From Promethearchaeota archaeon (GTDB taxonomy: Archaea; Asgardarchaeota; Thorarchaeia; Thorarchaeales; Thorarchaeaceae): a DNA stretch of 64,000 nucleotides. The stretch is taken from NCBI GenBank assembly GCA_014728035.1, contig WJMJ01000059.1, positions 1 through 64,000 on the forward strand, read 5' to 3'. The notes under the pieces are model-generated. The model ran no database searches and had not been told where the DNA came from. It saw nothing but the letters and a program-made list of their open reading frames with translations. A program made the position numbers and the translations under genes. The first letter of the stretch is position 1; each line of letters starts with the position of its first letter. This document shows positions 1 to 11,769 of the stretch, piece after piece.

Positions 1-321
1 AAACTTGAGAAACCAACCTCTATCTATGAGGTCGGCGAAGTTGGTTCTGTTCGACTAACTCCTATTGACATTCGTGCCCAACTTGAGAATGTCTGGGATG
101 AGGATTATGCTCTCCTTGGTATTAATGCAGAGGCCGCTCGTCTTGAGTGGGCCATTTTCACTGTCCTTCCCGTCCCTCCAGTTACTGTTCGTCCATCGAT
201 CACCTTGGAGTCTGGTGTTCGCTCTGAGGACGACCTTTCACATAAACTCATTGACATCATTCGTATTAATCAACGCTTACGTGAAAATTTGGATGCAGGA
301 GCTCCCAGTCTCATTGTAGAA
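1..321 (+). CDS. rpo1N: RNA polymerase subunit Rpo1N (A'), 5' exon portion; gene starts upstream of the window
   Basis: Frame 1 reads KLEKPTS...VLPVPPVTVRPSITLESGVRSEDDLSHKLIDIIRINQRLRENLDAGAPSLIVE, the conserved Rpo1N/RPB1 clamp region. The frame then enters the insert and stops at TAA 334-336. Confidence 0.95.
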
Positions 322-352
322 AGTGCAGCAGAGTAATTCTGTGTACCTATAA
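322..352 (+). other. Putative 31-nt BHB/BHL (tRNA-type) intron in rpo1N mRNA
   Basis: Central helix GUAG(316-319)/CUAU(347-350); 3-nt bulges AAA(320-322) and AAG(351-353); intron hairpin GUGC-A-GCAGAG/UUCUGU-GUAC. Cutting after the 2nd nt of each bulge joins GAA to GAC, giving LIVE-DLWELLQYH. Confidence 0.85.
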
Positions 353-3422
<3,070 letters not shown>

Positions 3423-3449
3423 ATATAGACCCCAGAAAAGTGATCAATA

Positions 3450-3530
3450 ATGTCCGTGGCGGAAGCGTTAAAACCAAAGCTGGCAACGGGCAAAATTGTC
3501 TGGGTAAACCAACAAATCACAGCAAAATGA
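3450..3530 (+). CDS. Putative 26-aa uORF MSVAEALKPKLATGKIVWVNQQITAK resembling an L30e N-terminus
   Basis: ATG preceded by GTGAT; its TGA overlaps the TGAGGT SD of rpl30e; contains TGKIV as in euryarchaeal L30e. Confidence 0.35.
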   Translation: MSVAEALKPKLATGKIVWVNQQITAK

Positions 3531-3540
3531 GGTTTAAGTA

Positions 3541-3834
3541 TTGAGTCTAAACCAACCGATTGCAAGCGCAGTTAATACAGGCAATTGTCGCCTTGGTGCA
3601 AAGTCATCAATTGACTCCTTGAAGAAAGGAGATGCAAAACTAGTAGTAGTCGCAGCAAATTGCCCAAGAGATGAGTATGAAGATATAGAACATTATGCCC
3701 AGCTAACTGAAACGAGGCTTGTCGAATTCAAAGGCACCTCGTGGGATCTTGGCGAAATCATTGGGAAGCCCTTTATGGTTTCCGCTATCGCTGTAATCGA
3801 GCCTGGCGATTCCAAGATACTGAAGATGGTGTGA
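3541..3834 (+). CDS. rpl30e: 50S ribosomal protein L30e
   Basis: AKLVVVAANCP, GTSWDLGEIIGKPF, PGDSKI motifs; canonical position after rpo1C. Confidence 0.95.
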   Translation: MSLNQPIASAVNTGNCRLGAKSSIDSLKKGDAKLVVVAANCPRDEYEDIEHYAQLTETRLVEFKGTSWDLGEIIGKPFMVSAIAVIEPGDSKILKMV

Positions 3835-3844
3835 GGCGAGTCAT

Positions 3845-4279
3845 TTGGCGCCTGTTAAGCTGTCTATGGAGGACATGTCTCTAATCGCATCTTTTGAGAA
3901 AATTACTGGAGCCTCCGCGGTTGATGTTGTTCGTGATGACGATGCAGATCGTCTGATATTTGTTATTCCCTCGAAGCAATTGGGTAGAGCTATTGGGAAG
4001 CGGGGTTCCAATGTTCGAGCTGCCGCTGAAGCTTTTGGAAGACCTGTTGACCTCGTTGAAATTGCTGACACGGTTGAAGAATTTGTTGAGAATGCTCTTG
4101 CTCCCGCTAGGGTTGAGGGTGTAAAACTCATCGAACACAAGGATGGTACTGTTGTAGCATCAGTTACTGTTAAGAATGAAGATCGAGGTATTGCTATAGG
4201 AAAAGATGGACGTAATGTTGCACGTGCAAGAATCTTGGCAAGACGTCATTTCGACATTGACAATGTTGTAATTGCTTAG
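3845..4279 (+). CDS. nusA: Archaeal NusA (KH-domain transcription factor)
   Basis: Two KH GxxG loops (AIGKRGSNV, AIGKDGRNV); synteny with rpl30e. Confidence 0.93.
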   Translation: MAPVKLSMEDMSLIASFEKITGASAVDVVRDDDADRLIFVIPSKQLGRAIGKRGSNVRAAAEAFGRPVDLVEIADTVEEFVENALAPARVEGVKLIEHKDGTVVASVTVKNEDRGIAIGKDGRNVARARILARRHFDIDNVVIA

Positions 4280-4395
4280 TTGATTTTTCTTGTCGTGTCA
4301 TAATGCTTTTAAGTCCACAAAGAACCCGAAACTCTGACCACCCCTCAGAGTACATGCTGTATATGTACTAAATATCACCAGAGAGGTAAACTAAT

Positions 4396-4839
4396 TTGAC
4401 AGGTAAGAAATCCCCACTAGGAGAATTTGCTGGCCGTGCATTACGTGCCAAGCGAAAGAAGTTCCGCTGGAAAAAAGCCAGCCACAAACGTCGAGTTCTA
4501 AAACTTAGACGTAAGACCGACCCATTAGAGGGAGCACCTCAGGCTAGAGGTATCGTCCTTGAGAAAGTTGGTGTTGAGAGTAAACAACCAAATTCAGCTA
4601 TTCGGAAGTGTGTGCGAATTCAACTCTCAAAAAATGGTAAACAAATTACAGCATTCATACCTGGTGATGGTGGCTTGAAGTACATTGATGAGCATGACAC
4701 GGTACTTGTTGAAGGCATTGGTGGTGCAATGGGTGGAGCTATGGGTGACTTGCCTGGTGTTAGATGGCAAGTTCGCAAAGTGAATGGTGTTTCACTAGAA
4801 TCGTTGATTTATGGAAAGGTCGAAAAACCGATACGTTAG
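4396..4839 (+). CDS. rps12: 30S ribosomal protein S12 (uS12)
   Basis: [27 protein letters not shown]. Confidence 0.97.
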   Translation: MTGKKSPLGEFAGRALRAKRKKFRWKKASHKRRVLKLRRKTDPLEGAPQARGIVLEKVGVESKQPNSAIRKCVRIQLSKNGKQITAFIPGDGGLKYIDEHDTVLVEGIGGAMGGAMGDLPGVRWQVRKVNGVSLESLIYGKVEKPIR

Positions 4840-4848
4840 GTGGTCTTA

Positions 4849-5505
4849 ATGTCAGAAGAAGAAGTAGTTGAAGAAACTCCCGTAGAAGAAGAACCCAAAC
4901 CCCACATCGCACCTGACCTATTACTATTTGGAAAATGGGATTCAACAGATGTTGCGATTAAGGATCCTGGCTTAATCCGTTATATCTCGCTAAAACCTGT
5001 ATTGATTCCACATACATCTGGGCGTCATGCACACAAGAGATTTCACAAATCCAACGTTCCTATTGTCGAAAGGTTTGTAAACAAGCTTCTAAATGCAGGG
5101 AAACGAAAAGAGAAAAAGACCAGAACTGGAAAGCGAGCTGGACAAAAACTTCGTGCTATCCAGCTTCTCCGTCGTGCATTTGAAATAATTGATTTTCGAA
5201 CAGGTATGAATCCTATCCAAGTTTTGGTTACTGCAATTGAAAACACAGCTCCTGCAGAGGAAACAACTAGAATTTCATATGGTGGAATGGCATATCCTCG
5301 TTCTGTTGATGTCGCTCCCCAACGTAGACTTGATCTAGCTTTACGGTATTTGGCGGTTGGTGCGGTTAGAAATACTCACAAGAGTGCAAAGTCCTTTGAA
5401 GAATGTCTGGTTGATGAATTACTGCTTGCATACAAAGGCGATCCAGCTAGTTTTGCTATTGCCCGAAAAGAAGAACGTGAGCGAGTAGCTCGTTCTGCCA
5501 GATAA
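4849..5505 (+). CDS. rps7: 30S ribosomal protein S7 (uS7)
   Basis: LFGKW, NPIQVLVTAIEN, VDVAPQRRLDLALR, KEERERVARSAR. Confidence 0.97.
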   Translation: MSEEEVVEETPVEEEPKPHIAPDLLLFGKWDSTDVAIKDPGLIRYISLKPVLIPHTSGRHAHKRFHKSNVPIVERFVNKLLNAGKRKEKKTRTGKRAGQKLRAIQLLRRAFEIIDFRTGMNPIQVLVTAIENTAPAEETTRISYGGMAYPRSVDVAPQRRLDLALRYLAVGAVRNTHKSAKSFEECLVDELLLAYKGDPASFAIARKEERERVARSAR

Positions 5506-5513
5506 TTGTTTTC

Positions 5514-5543
5514 TGCACGGTATTTCACCGTGCAACTTTTCTT
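5514..5543 (+). terminator. Hairpin plus U-tract after rps7
   Basis: TGCACGGT-atttc-ACCGTGCA followed by T-rich run. Confidence 0.6.
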
Positions 5544-5604
5544 GCAATAATACTACTTATATTGTAGGTTACAATCCGTAACGTATCATTTTAGGACTTG
5601 AAAA

Positions 5605-6201
5605 ATGATGGAAACTAAACGTCTATTTACAGGTGTAATCGTTATCATCATTGTTACCATTGGTGTTTTTGGATTTCTTGTCACCAGTATGAGTTTTCCA
5701 AATGATAATAACAATGATACAACAACCGATGACACAGATGATTCGATATATCCACCGTTGATATTTGATGATCAGGATCTCTTGAACGAAAGCATCGAAG
5801 TACCTAACTGGAATTTTACACTGAGTACGAATGAAACATTAAGTATGGCCGACCTTAGAGGAAGAATCACCATTCTTGATTTTATGGCACGTTGGTGTGG
5901 ATATTGCGCACAACAAAACCACCATCTACGGATTCTACAAGAAGAATATGGCGACTCGATAAATATTGTTTCTGTGTGTGTGGATCTTGCTGACACTCTT
6001 GAACAGCTCACGGAGTATAAAGAGGAGAAAAATGTCACATGGCCGCTAGGTCTAGATATTGATGGATCTTCTGATTGGTTACGAGTGAGATATATTCCTA
6101 CGTTGGTTATCGTCGACGGTGACGGGATGCTGCGTTGGAATCATGAAGGCACATGGGATGCCACATCAATGGCTGAAACCATTGAAAGTCTTATGGGATA
6201 G
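5605..6201 (+). CDS. Membrane-anchored TlpA/ResA-like thioredoxin
   Basis: N-terminal TM helix; DFMARWCGYC active site; cis-Pro YIPT motif. Confidence 0.85.
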   Translation: MMETKRLFTGVIVIIIVTIGVFGFLVTSMSFPNDNNNDTTTDDTDDSIYPPLIFDDQDLLNESIEVPNWNFTLSTNETLSMADLRGRITILDFMARWCGYCAQQNHHLRILQEEYGDSINIVSVCVDLADTLEQLTEYKEEKNVTWPLGLDIDGSSDWLRVRYIPTLVIVDGDGMLRWNHEGTWDATSMAETIESLMG

Positions 6202-6212
6202 TTGAGGGATTA

Positions 6213-6896
6213 TTGATTCTAGACGTGCTTCTTCAGGCGGCATCCTCATTTGGGGTGGGACTATACATTGCAACCTCTCCTTGCCTTTTCCCTCTTCTCC
6301 CTCTGTTCCTACTTCGTACACTTCAATCTGAGGAAAGTCGGACAAGAAGTGTATTGGTAACAGGGGTCCTATCCTCTGGAATCTTAGTATCTCTAGTCAT
6401 TTTTCTTTTCCTTGCACAATTCATTGGCTTGCTTATTATTATGTACTTCACTTACCTTCAAGCTGTTCTTGGATCGATTATCATTTTCATTGGCATCTTA
6501 ATGATATCTGAGCGACTGAGAGAAATCTTGCGTCTATCCAATCTTGGTATGCAAAAAGGACCTGATAGTCCCAACGGATTAGTAGGAGTCTTCGTGATTG
6601 GATTTGGTTATGCCCTCCTTGCTGCACCCTGTACCGGACCTGCACTATTTGCATTGGTAGCTCTTTTTGGTGTACAATCTGAATTGTTTGTTAGTATTCT
6701 CATGTTTGTTTTGTTAAGTATTGGAGTGTTTATTCCTTATCTTGCAATTGCTATAACAACGGGAGAAGCCCGCGACCGTATAGCAACAAAAATCACTACA
6801 TCTGCTCGAAAAATAGAAGTTGTGGTTGGAGTTCTTTTAGTGATTGTTGGCGTCTTTCTGACCTATCCCCTTATTGAGATTGCAATCGGTCTATAA
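6213..6896 (+). CDS. ccdA: CcdA/DsbD-type transmembrane electron transporter
   Basis: About 6 TM helices with SPCLFPLLP and APCTGP cysteine motifs; paired with the thioredoxin. Confidence 0.85.
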   Translation: MILDVLLQAASSFGVGLYIATSPCLFPLLPLFLLRTLQSEESRTRSVLVTGVLSSGILVSLVIFLFLAQFIGLLIIMYFTYLQAVLGSIIIFIGILMISERLREILRLSNLGMQKGPDSPNGLVGVFVIGFGYALLAAPCTGPALFALVALFGVQSELFVSILMFVLLSIGVFIPYLAIAITTGEARDRIATKITTSARKIEVVVGVLLVIVGVFLTYPLIEIAIGL

Positions 6897-6945
6897 TTCT
6901 CTGTTGGGTCCTTTTTGGGTCGCAAGCGTTCAATTCCTTTTTTCA

Positions 6946-7001
6946 TAGTCACAAATTGTGACTACTTCCAGTGTCCTATAATCGTGGCTTTCCATTATAT
7001 A
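6946..7001 (+). promoter_or_regulatory. Perfect palindrome plus TATA box upstream of the micropeptide cluster
   Basis: TAGTCACAA-A-TTGTGACTA (6946-6964) and TTATATA (6995-7001), about 32 nt before the first ATG. Confidence 0.6.
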
Positions 7002-7032
7002 CTGATTCTGAGTAGTAATCTTGTGAACAATC

Positions 7033-7137
7033 ATGGCGTTAGCGATTAACTCCCGACCCAACTCAGAGACGAAGAACATCACCCGTAAGAAGCAGACCAC
7101 CAAGGCTCTGACCTTTGCTTACACCTACCGGAGGTAG
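7033..7137 (+). CDS. 34-aa basic micropeptide MALAINSRPNSETKNITRKKQTTKALTFAYTYRR
   Basis: ATG...TAG downstream of the TATA box; C/G-ending codon bias; paralogous C-terminus with the next ORF. Confidence 0.65.
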   Translation: MALAINSRPNSETKNITRKKQTTKALTFAYTYRR

Positions 7138-7143
7138 AACACA

Positions 7144-7227
7144 ATGGCGGTATCCAAGACCAAGATCATCAAGGCAACCAAGACCCCCTCAACCAAGGCT
7201 ATCACTGATGCTTACTTCAGGAGGTAA
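7144..7227 (+). CDS. 27-aa basic micropeptide MAVSKTKIIKATKTPSTKAITDAYFRR
   Basis: SD GGAGGT about 8 nt upstream; shares TKA(L/I)TxAY..RR with the previous ORF. Confidence 0.7.
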   Translation: MAVSKTKIIKATKTPSTKAITDAYFRR

Positions 7228-7232
7228 TATCG

Positions 7233-7334
7233 ATGAAGCCTAGCGTTGATACACAATCAACTACTACTCACCAAGACTCTAGCAAGAGCGGTGACCTAAC
7301 TACAAGCGAAGTGCTCGCGTTGGAAGCAACCTGA
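7233..7334 (+). CDS. 33-aa Ser/Thr-rich acidic micropeptide MKPSVDTQSTTTHQDSSKSGDLTTSEVLALEAT
   Basis: SD AGGAGGT about 7 nt upstream; T-run after the stop codon. Confidence 0.6.
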   Translation: MKPSVDTQSTTTHQDSSKSGDLTTSEVLALEAT

Positions 7335-7468
7335 GCACACGCTCTTTTTATCATCCGGTTTCCAATTAGATATCATCCTGTTTTGTATACTGAACAAACC
7401 TATATACTAACTGCATCACATATGAATTTCATCTGAAACATCAGAAATGTTTATTTCTCAATATCTGT

Positions 7469-8047
7469 ATGGAATATTCTGGGCGTATATTGAAAACCGA
7501 AAACAAAATTCTGTGTATTGAATTTCTTTTACTTGTAAGTATGTTTTCCTTGATATTCCTCTTGAATTTCTCCTTTGGTATAGTTGTTCTATTCATACTG
7601 GCTAGTGGTGTTATTGTTGAGAAGAACCAAGTATTCCCATTACGACCGGAATTGGCAAGGTTTGGTGCAGTTCTTGTGCCTATTTCATTTCTTCTATGGT
7701 TTCTTCTAGTTACATATCTTTTGGGGCATCCATTGGCACAGCCATACTATTACTTCTCTCTTCTCTCATTGGTCTTCTCAGTATTAACAGCATGGCTTGT
7801 TGGAGTTGGATTGAAGAGAATTATCATTCAAAGAATGGATGTTCCTATTACCAATTCTACTATGGCGCGTCCTCATAACAATATCATTCTATTTTGGTGG
7901 TTCTTGGGATTTGTTTTTGTAATTCTGCTAACTTTGTTATTAGTGATATCCTTCCCAACAGCATCATTTCTTCCTATGTTCTCCCTTGGCTTACTAGTCC
8001 TTTTATGGCAGTCATTATGGACCGCTTCTCCCAATGTGGATGCTTGA
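7469..8047 (+). CDS. Hypothetical multi-pass membrane protein
   Basis: 192-aa ORF with about 5-6 hydrophobic segments; no recognised motif. Confidence 0.6.
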   Translation: MEYSGRILKTENKILCIEFLLLVSMFSLIFLLNFSFGIVVLFILASGVIVEKNQVFPLRPELARFGAVLVPISFLLWFLLVTYLLGHPLAQPYYYFSLLSLVFSVLTAWLVGVGLKRIIIQRMDVPITNSTMARPHNNIILFWWFLGFVFVILLTLLLVISFPTASFLPMFSLGLLVLLWQSLWTASPNVDA

Positions 8048-8179
8048 TCTTCTCATTGATGGTATTTCTTGTGCCACCTATTGTTTTTGAACTCTGCCGC
8101 ATGGTCTTGTCGAAATGATTAAAAGCATCCCCCGAGGTGGAGGGCTAGACTGTCCTATAAGAGGACAGACCATAATTAC

Positions 8180-9514
8180 GTGGTGAAAAGATTGAGTAAG
8201 AATAAAGAACACCTCAATCTGGTCGTCATAGGGCACGTTGACCACGGTAAAAGCACTATGACGGGCAGGTTGCTCTATGAGACGGGCGCCGTTGATGAAA
8301 GAACTTTCCAGCAGCACAAGGCTGAGGCTGAGAAACTCGGTCGTCCCTCATGGGCATGGGCTTTCGCCCTTGACAGACTTAAAGAAGAACGAGAAAGAGG
8401 TCTTACTATTGACATTGCTTTCTTCAAGTTCTTAACCGATAAATATTATTACACCATAATCGACGCTCCGGGGCATAAGGATTTTATAAAAAATATGATA
8501 ACTGGTGCCTCTCAGGCAGATGTAGGTTTGCTTGTTGTGTCCGCGAAACGTGGAGAGTTTGAGGCAGGAATCGGTCCAGGTGGGCAGACGAAAGAGCACG
8601 CATATCTTGCGATGACTCTTGGTGTACCCTCCTTGATTGTTGCAATCAACAAGATGGACGATGAAAGCGTTGATTACAGTGAAGACCGGTATAATGAGGT
8701 CAAAGAAGAGGTCGGTGGATTCTTGAAGGGTATTGGCTACAAGACCGATGCAATTCCATTCATTCCCACCTCTGCATTATCTGCATGTAACTTGAAAGAG
8801 CAGACAAAGGACCTTACTCCTTGGTATGATGGTCCCTCTCTTCTGGAGGCACTTGACAAAGTTGTTCTTCCACCAAAACCAATTGACAAACCATTGCGAC
8901 TTCCAATCAATGATGTGTATAGCATCAAGGGTGTTGGTACAGTTCCAGTAGGTCGTGTCGAGACTGGTGTGATGAAGCCAGGTCAGAAGATTACTTTCAT
9001 GCCTCCCAACAAGACTGGAGAAGTCAAATCTATTGAGATGCATCATGAAGAGATGCCTCAAGCAGTTCCAGGGGACAACATTGGTTTCAATATCCGAGGA
9101 ATCGAAAGAAAAGATCTCGGTCGTGGTGACGTTGCAGGTCCAGTAGATGCTCCACCAACTGTTGCCGCTGACTTCACAGGACAGGTAATGGTTATCCAGC
9201 ATCCAAGCGCTATCACTGTTGGATACACTCCAGTTATTCACGCTCACACTGCACAGGTTGCGTGTCGATTCGATGAACTGCTCAAGAAACTCGACCAGAG
9301 GTCTGGCCAAGTTGTTGAGGAGAATCCTGACTTTGTTAAGAAGGGAGAATCAATGCATGCTAAGCTAGTACCACTCAGACCAATGGTCATTGAAAAGTAC
9401 AAGGACTTCCCACAGCTGGGTCGTTTTGCTGTACGTGACATGGGTATGACTGTGGCAGTAGGAGTCGTTCTTGACCTTAAAGCTCGAGAGATGGCTGCAG
9501 CCAAGAAGAAATAA
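8180..9514 (+). CDS. tuf: Translation elongation factor EF-1alpha
   Basis: [35 protein letters not shown]. Confidence 0.99.
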   Translation: MVKRLSKNKEHLNLVVIGHVDHGKSTMTGRLLYETGAVDERTFQQHKAEAEKLGRPSWAWAFALDRLKEERERGLTIDIAFFKFLTDKYYYTIIDAPGHKDFIKNMITGASQADVGLLVVSAKRGEFEAGIGPGGQTKEHAYLAMTLGVPSLIVAINKMDDESVDYSEDRYNEVKEEVGGFLKGIGYKTDAIPFIPTSALSACNLKEQTKDLTPWYDGPSLLEALDKVVLPPKPIDKPLRLPINDVYSIKGVGTVPVGRVETGVMKPGQKITFMPPNKTGEVKSIEMHHEEMPQAVPGDNIGFNIRGIERKDLGRGDVAGPVDAPPTVAADFTGQVMVIQHPSAITVGYTPVIHAHTAQVACRFDELLKKLDQRSGQVVEENPDFVKKGESMHAKLVPLRPMVIEKYKDFPQLGRFAVRDMGMTVAVGVVLDLKAREMAAAKKK

Positions 9515-9525
9515 TTACTTTGAAC

Positions 9526-9560
9526 CGGGTTTCGACCCGTGTTCTACTTCCTTTTTTTAT
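9526..9560 (+). terminator. UUCG hairpin plus U-tract after tuf
   Basis: CGGGT-TTCG-ACCCG followed by TTCCTTTTTTT. Confidence 0.6.
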
Positions 9561-9646
9561 CTGATTACCAAGTAATTTAAATTGTTAATTATATCTCCAC
9601 TATTGATTTATAGAGGATTAGTTACAGAACTTAACCGGGACTAATC

Positions 9647-10381
9647 ATGTTACAACTTACACCTGAAGGCAGTCTGATTGCATCACTGAATATTATTGTT
9701 GCAATAGTACTCCTCCTACTTACTGTCTTGAGTATTCGAATTCTTTTGAAACAGTTTGATACGGGGCATTTTGCAGCAACCATGTTCGCGTTAGTCTATG
9801 CAATATTTCTTGTTGTACAAGAGTATCATCTTTTTTCCCTGTTGAATACAGGTATTCCTCTTGATGGCTACGTATATTCAACGTTGGCTATTGCCCTACA
9901 GTGCATTCTTCCCTCTGTAGTTGTCTATGTATGGGCGTATTATACCTTTCAGAAGAAGAATCTACGACTCGTATTCACGTTGATAGTCTTTGGTTATATG
10001 ATTCTTCTTTGGTCTGTAGTTGGCGTTTTTCAACCATTCATTCCTGAGCTGGATCCAGTCACTCAGCTTTGGGATATGAATCTGCAGCCCCCTCTGACAT
10101 ATATTCAGTACACAATGTTGACAGCATCTCTCATAGTAAGCTTTCTTCTGCTTATTCAGAGTTTACGGGTCGAAGACAACGTACTTGCAGCTCGATATCG
10201 CTACTTTGCTATCGGCTACCTATTGTATACGCTTGGAATCATGTTCCGATTCATGGGAATGGACTTGATTTTCACTCTTACTCGTAAAATCTTGCTATGC
10301 CTAGGAGTCTATCTGATGATTGCATCCTTTATTGGATTAAAACTGCAGGACACTCCTACTGTCCTCGAGTCAACTCAATGA
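9647..10381 (+). CDS. Hypothetical ~7-TM membrane protein
   Basis: Seven hydrophobic stretches; no retinal-binding Lys motif recognised. Confidence 0.7.
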   Translation: MLQLTPEGSLIASLNIIVAIVLLLLTVLSIRILLKQFDTGHFAATMFALVYAIFLVVQEYHLFSLLNTGIPLDGYVYSTLAIALQCILPSVVVYVWAYYTFQKKNLRLVFTLIVFGYMILLWSVVGVFQPFIPELDPVTQLWDMNLQPPLTYIQYTMLTASLIVSFLLLIQSLRVEDNVLAARYRYFAIGYLLYTLGIMFRFMGMDLIFTLTRKILLCLGVYLMIASFIGLKLQDTPTVLESTQ

Positions 10382-10456
10382 ACACAGAACAGGGGCGAAA
10401 AGCCCCTTTGCTTTTATTAACAGAAGAGTATCTAAGGGACAATTTCCTATATAGAA

Positions 10457-10879
10457 TTGATTCCTATGATAGAAGACGATTCGAGCTCTTCGAGCGACGA
10501 ACATATCCCAATTACCCCCTTTCGACGCGTTTTGGGGATAGCAGGTGCAATTCTTGTACTCATCCTCTATTTTTTGTATTCACTATACTTCCCATATGAT
10601 TATCTGACTGGTGTCTTTTTATTTCCCCCAGTTATCTTTCTCTTCCTAATATTGGCTGGTTGTTGTGGTACTGGTTGCACTGCATCAGTGAACCGTGAAG
10701 ACGAAGAAAGCGTACTTCATGCGATGAGAAAGCGAGCTCTTTACGCCCTTAAAATCGAGGGACGTGACATCTATCGATGTCCAAATTGTGAAATGTCTTT
10801 TGATCTGGCGAATGCAACACCTGTGGATGATGACGTAATTCTTTGTCCATTCTGTAAAAATAGGCTATTGTTTGAATGA
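10457..10879 (+). CDS. Membrane protein with C-terminal zinc ribbon
   Basis: Two TM helices, then CPNC...CPFC. Confidence 0.7.
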   Translation: MIPMIEDDSSSSSDEHIPITPFRRVLGIAGAILVLILYFLYSLYFPYDYLTGVFLFPPVIFLFLILAGCCGTGCTASVNREDEESVLHAMRKRALYALKIEGRDIYRCPNCEMSFDLANATPVDDDVILCPFCKNRLLFE

Positions 10880-10937
10880 ATCTGCGTATTTGAAAAAAAA
10901 GAAAAAAATCCACTGAAGGTCAGTGGTAAGATTATGG

Positions 10938-11600
10938 TTACTCGATTACAATCTGGTCTTCTATTTTGATAACGCCAGTTGCAAATTCTGCTGCATCCAT
11001 CGCAGCTCTATAAGCTGTCCAATGCGATACGGTTCCACTTAATGTAGCTTTACCTTGGTCAACTGTAACAGTTACACTGTCAGGATCAATAAGTGGATTC
11101 CTTTCCATTGCGGCTATTATATTTTCAGCAACAATCTTGTCGACAATACTCTCTGATGGAACAACTGCAATCTTGTTATCTATGAGTACCACACCAGTCA
11201 CATCAGATGCCAATTGCTCAGCTCTAAGTTTCTTCCAGTATGCATCAGTCGTCCCTTCAAGTTCTACAGTACCATTATCTACATCAATATCGATATCTGT
11301 GGAGTCAATGTATGTGTTCCAAAATAATTGTTGTTCTATTCTTGTTTTAATCTCATCATCGTCTGGTATTTCAATAATTGATGGATATTCAATATCAAGT
11401 TCGTTTTCTACTTTTGTCACATCTTGTACTGTCCAAGCATCCAAGATTGCCCTTTCTCGGGCGGTGTAGCTTGGAACCTTTCCCTTTAGCTTAACTTTTG
11501 TTCCATCAACGGCAATTTCGATGTCTGAAGCATCTACTCGATTATCCCAGAATAATTGGTCTGTTACTCGTTTCTTAATCAATTCTGCTTTATCTGTCAT
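10938..11600 (-). CDS. Triple BON-domain protein
   Basis: Three ~70-aa repeats of I.V.V..G.V.L.G.V......A...A..V.GV..V.N.L. Confidence 0.88.
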   Translation of the reverse strand: MTDKAELIKKRVTDQLFWDNRVDASDIEIAVDGTKVKLKGKVPSYTARERAILDAWTVQDVTKVENELDIEYPSIIEIPDDDEIKTRIEQQLFWNTYIDSTDIDIDVDNGTVELEGTTDAYWKKLRAEQLASDVTGVVLIDNKIAVVPSESIVDKIVAENIIAAMERNPLIDPDSVTVTVDQGKATLSGTVSHWTAYRAAMDAAEFATGVIKIEDQIVIE

Positions 11601-11769
11601 AATATCGAGTGATTAATCACTCAAGTAGATTATATCATTCTATATATTTAAATATATTCATATTAAGAATATATTATTGCTAAAAACAGTGCAATTTATT
11701 CTTTAATTGATAATATGATCACGGAAGAACTTATTTGCTATTCGGATGTTGCATCCTGTGGTAGGATAT

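Noticed and set aside
65-319. 84-aa ORF from the track
   Set aside because: Off-frame shadow of the rpo1N 5' exon.
9647-10381. Rhodopsin or GPCR identity for the 7-TM protein
   Set aside because: No recognisable retinal-binding or GPCR motifs; only hydrophobicity supports 7 TM.
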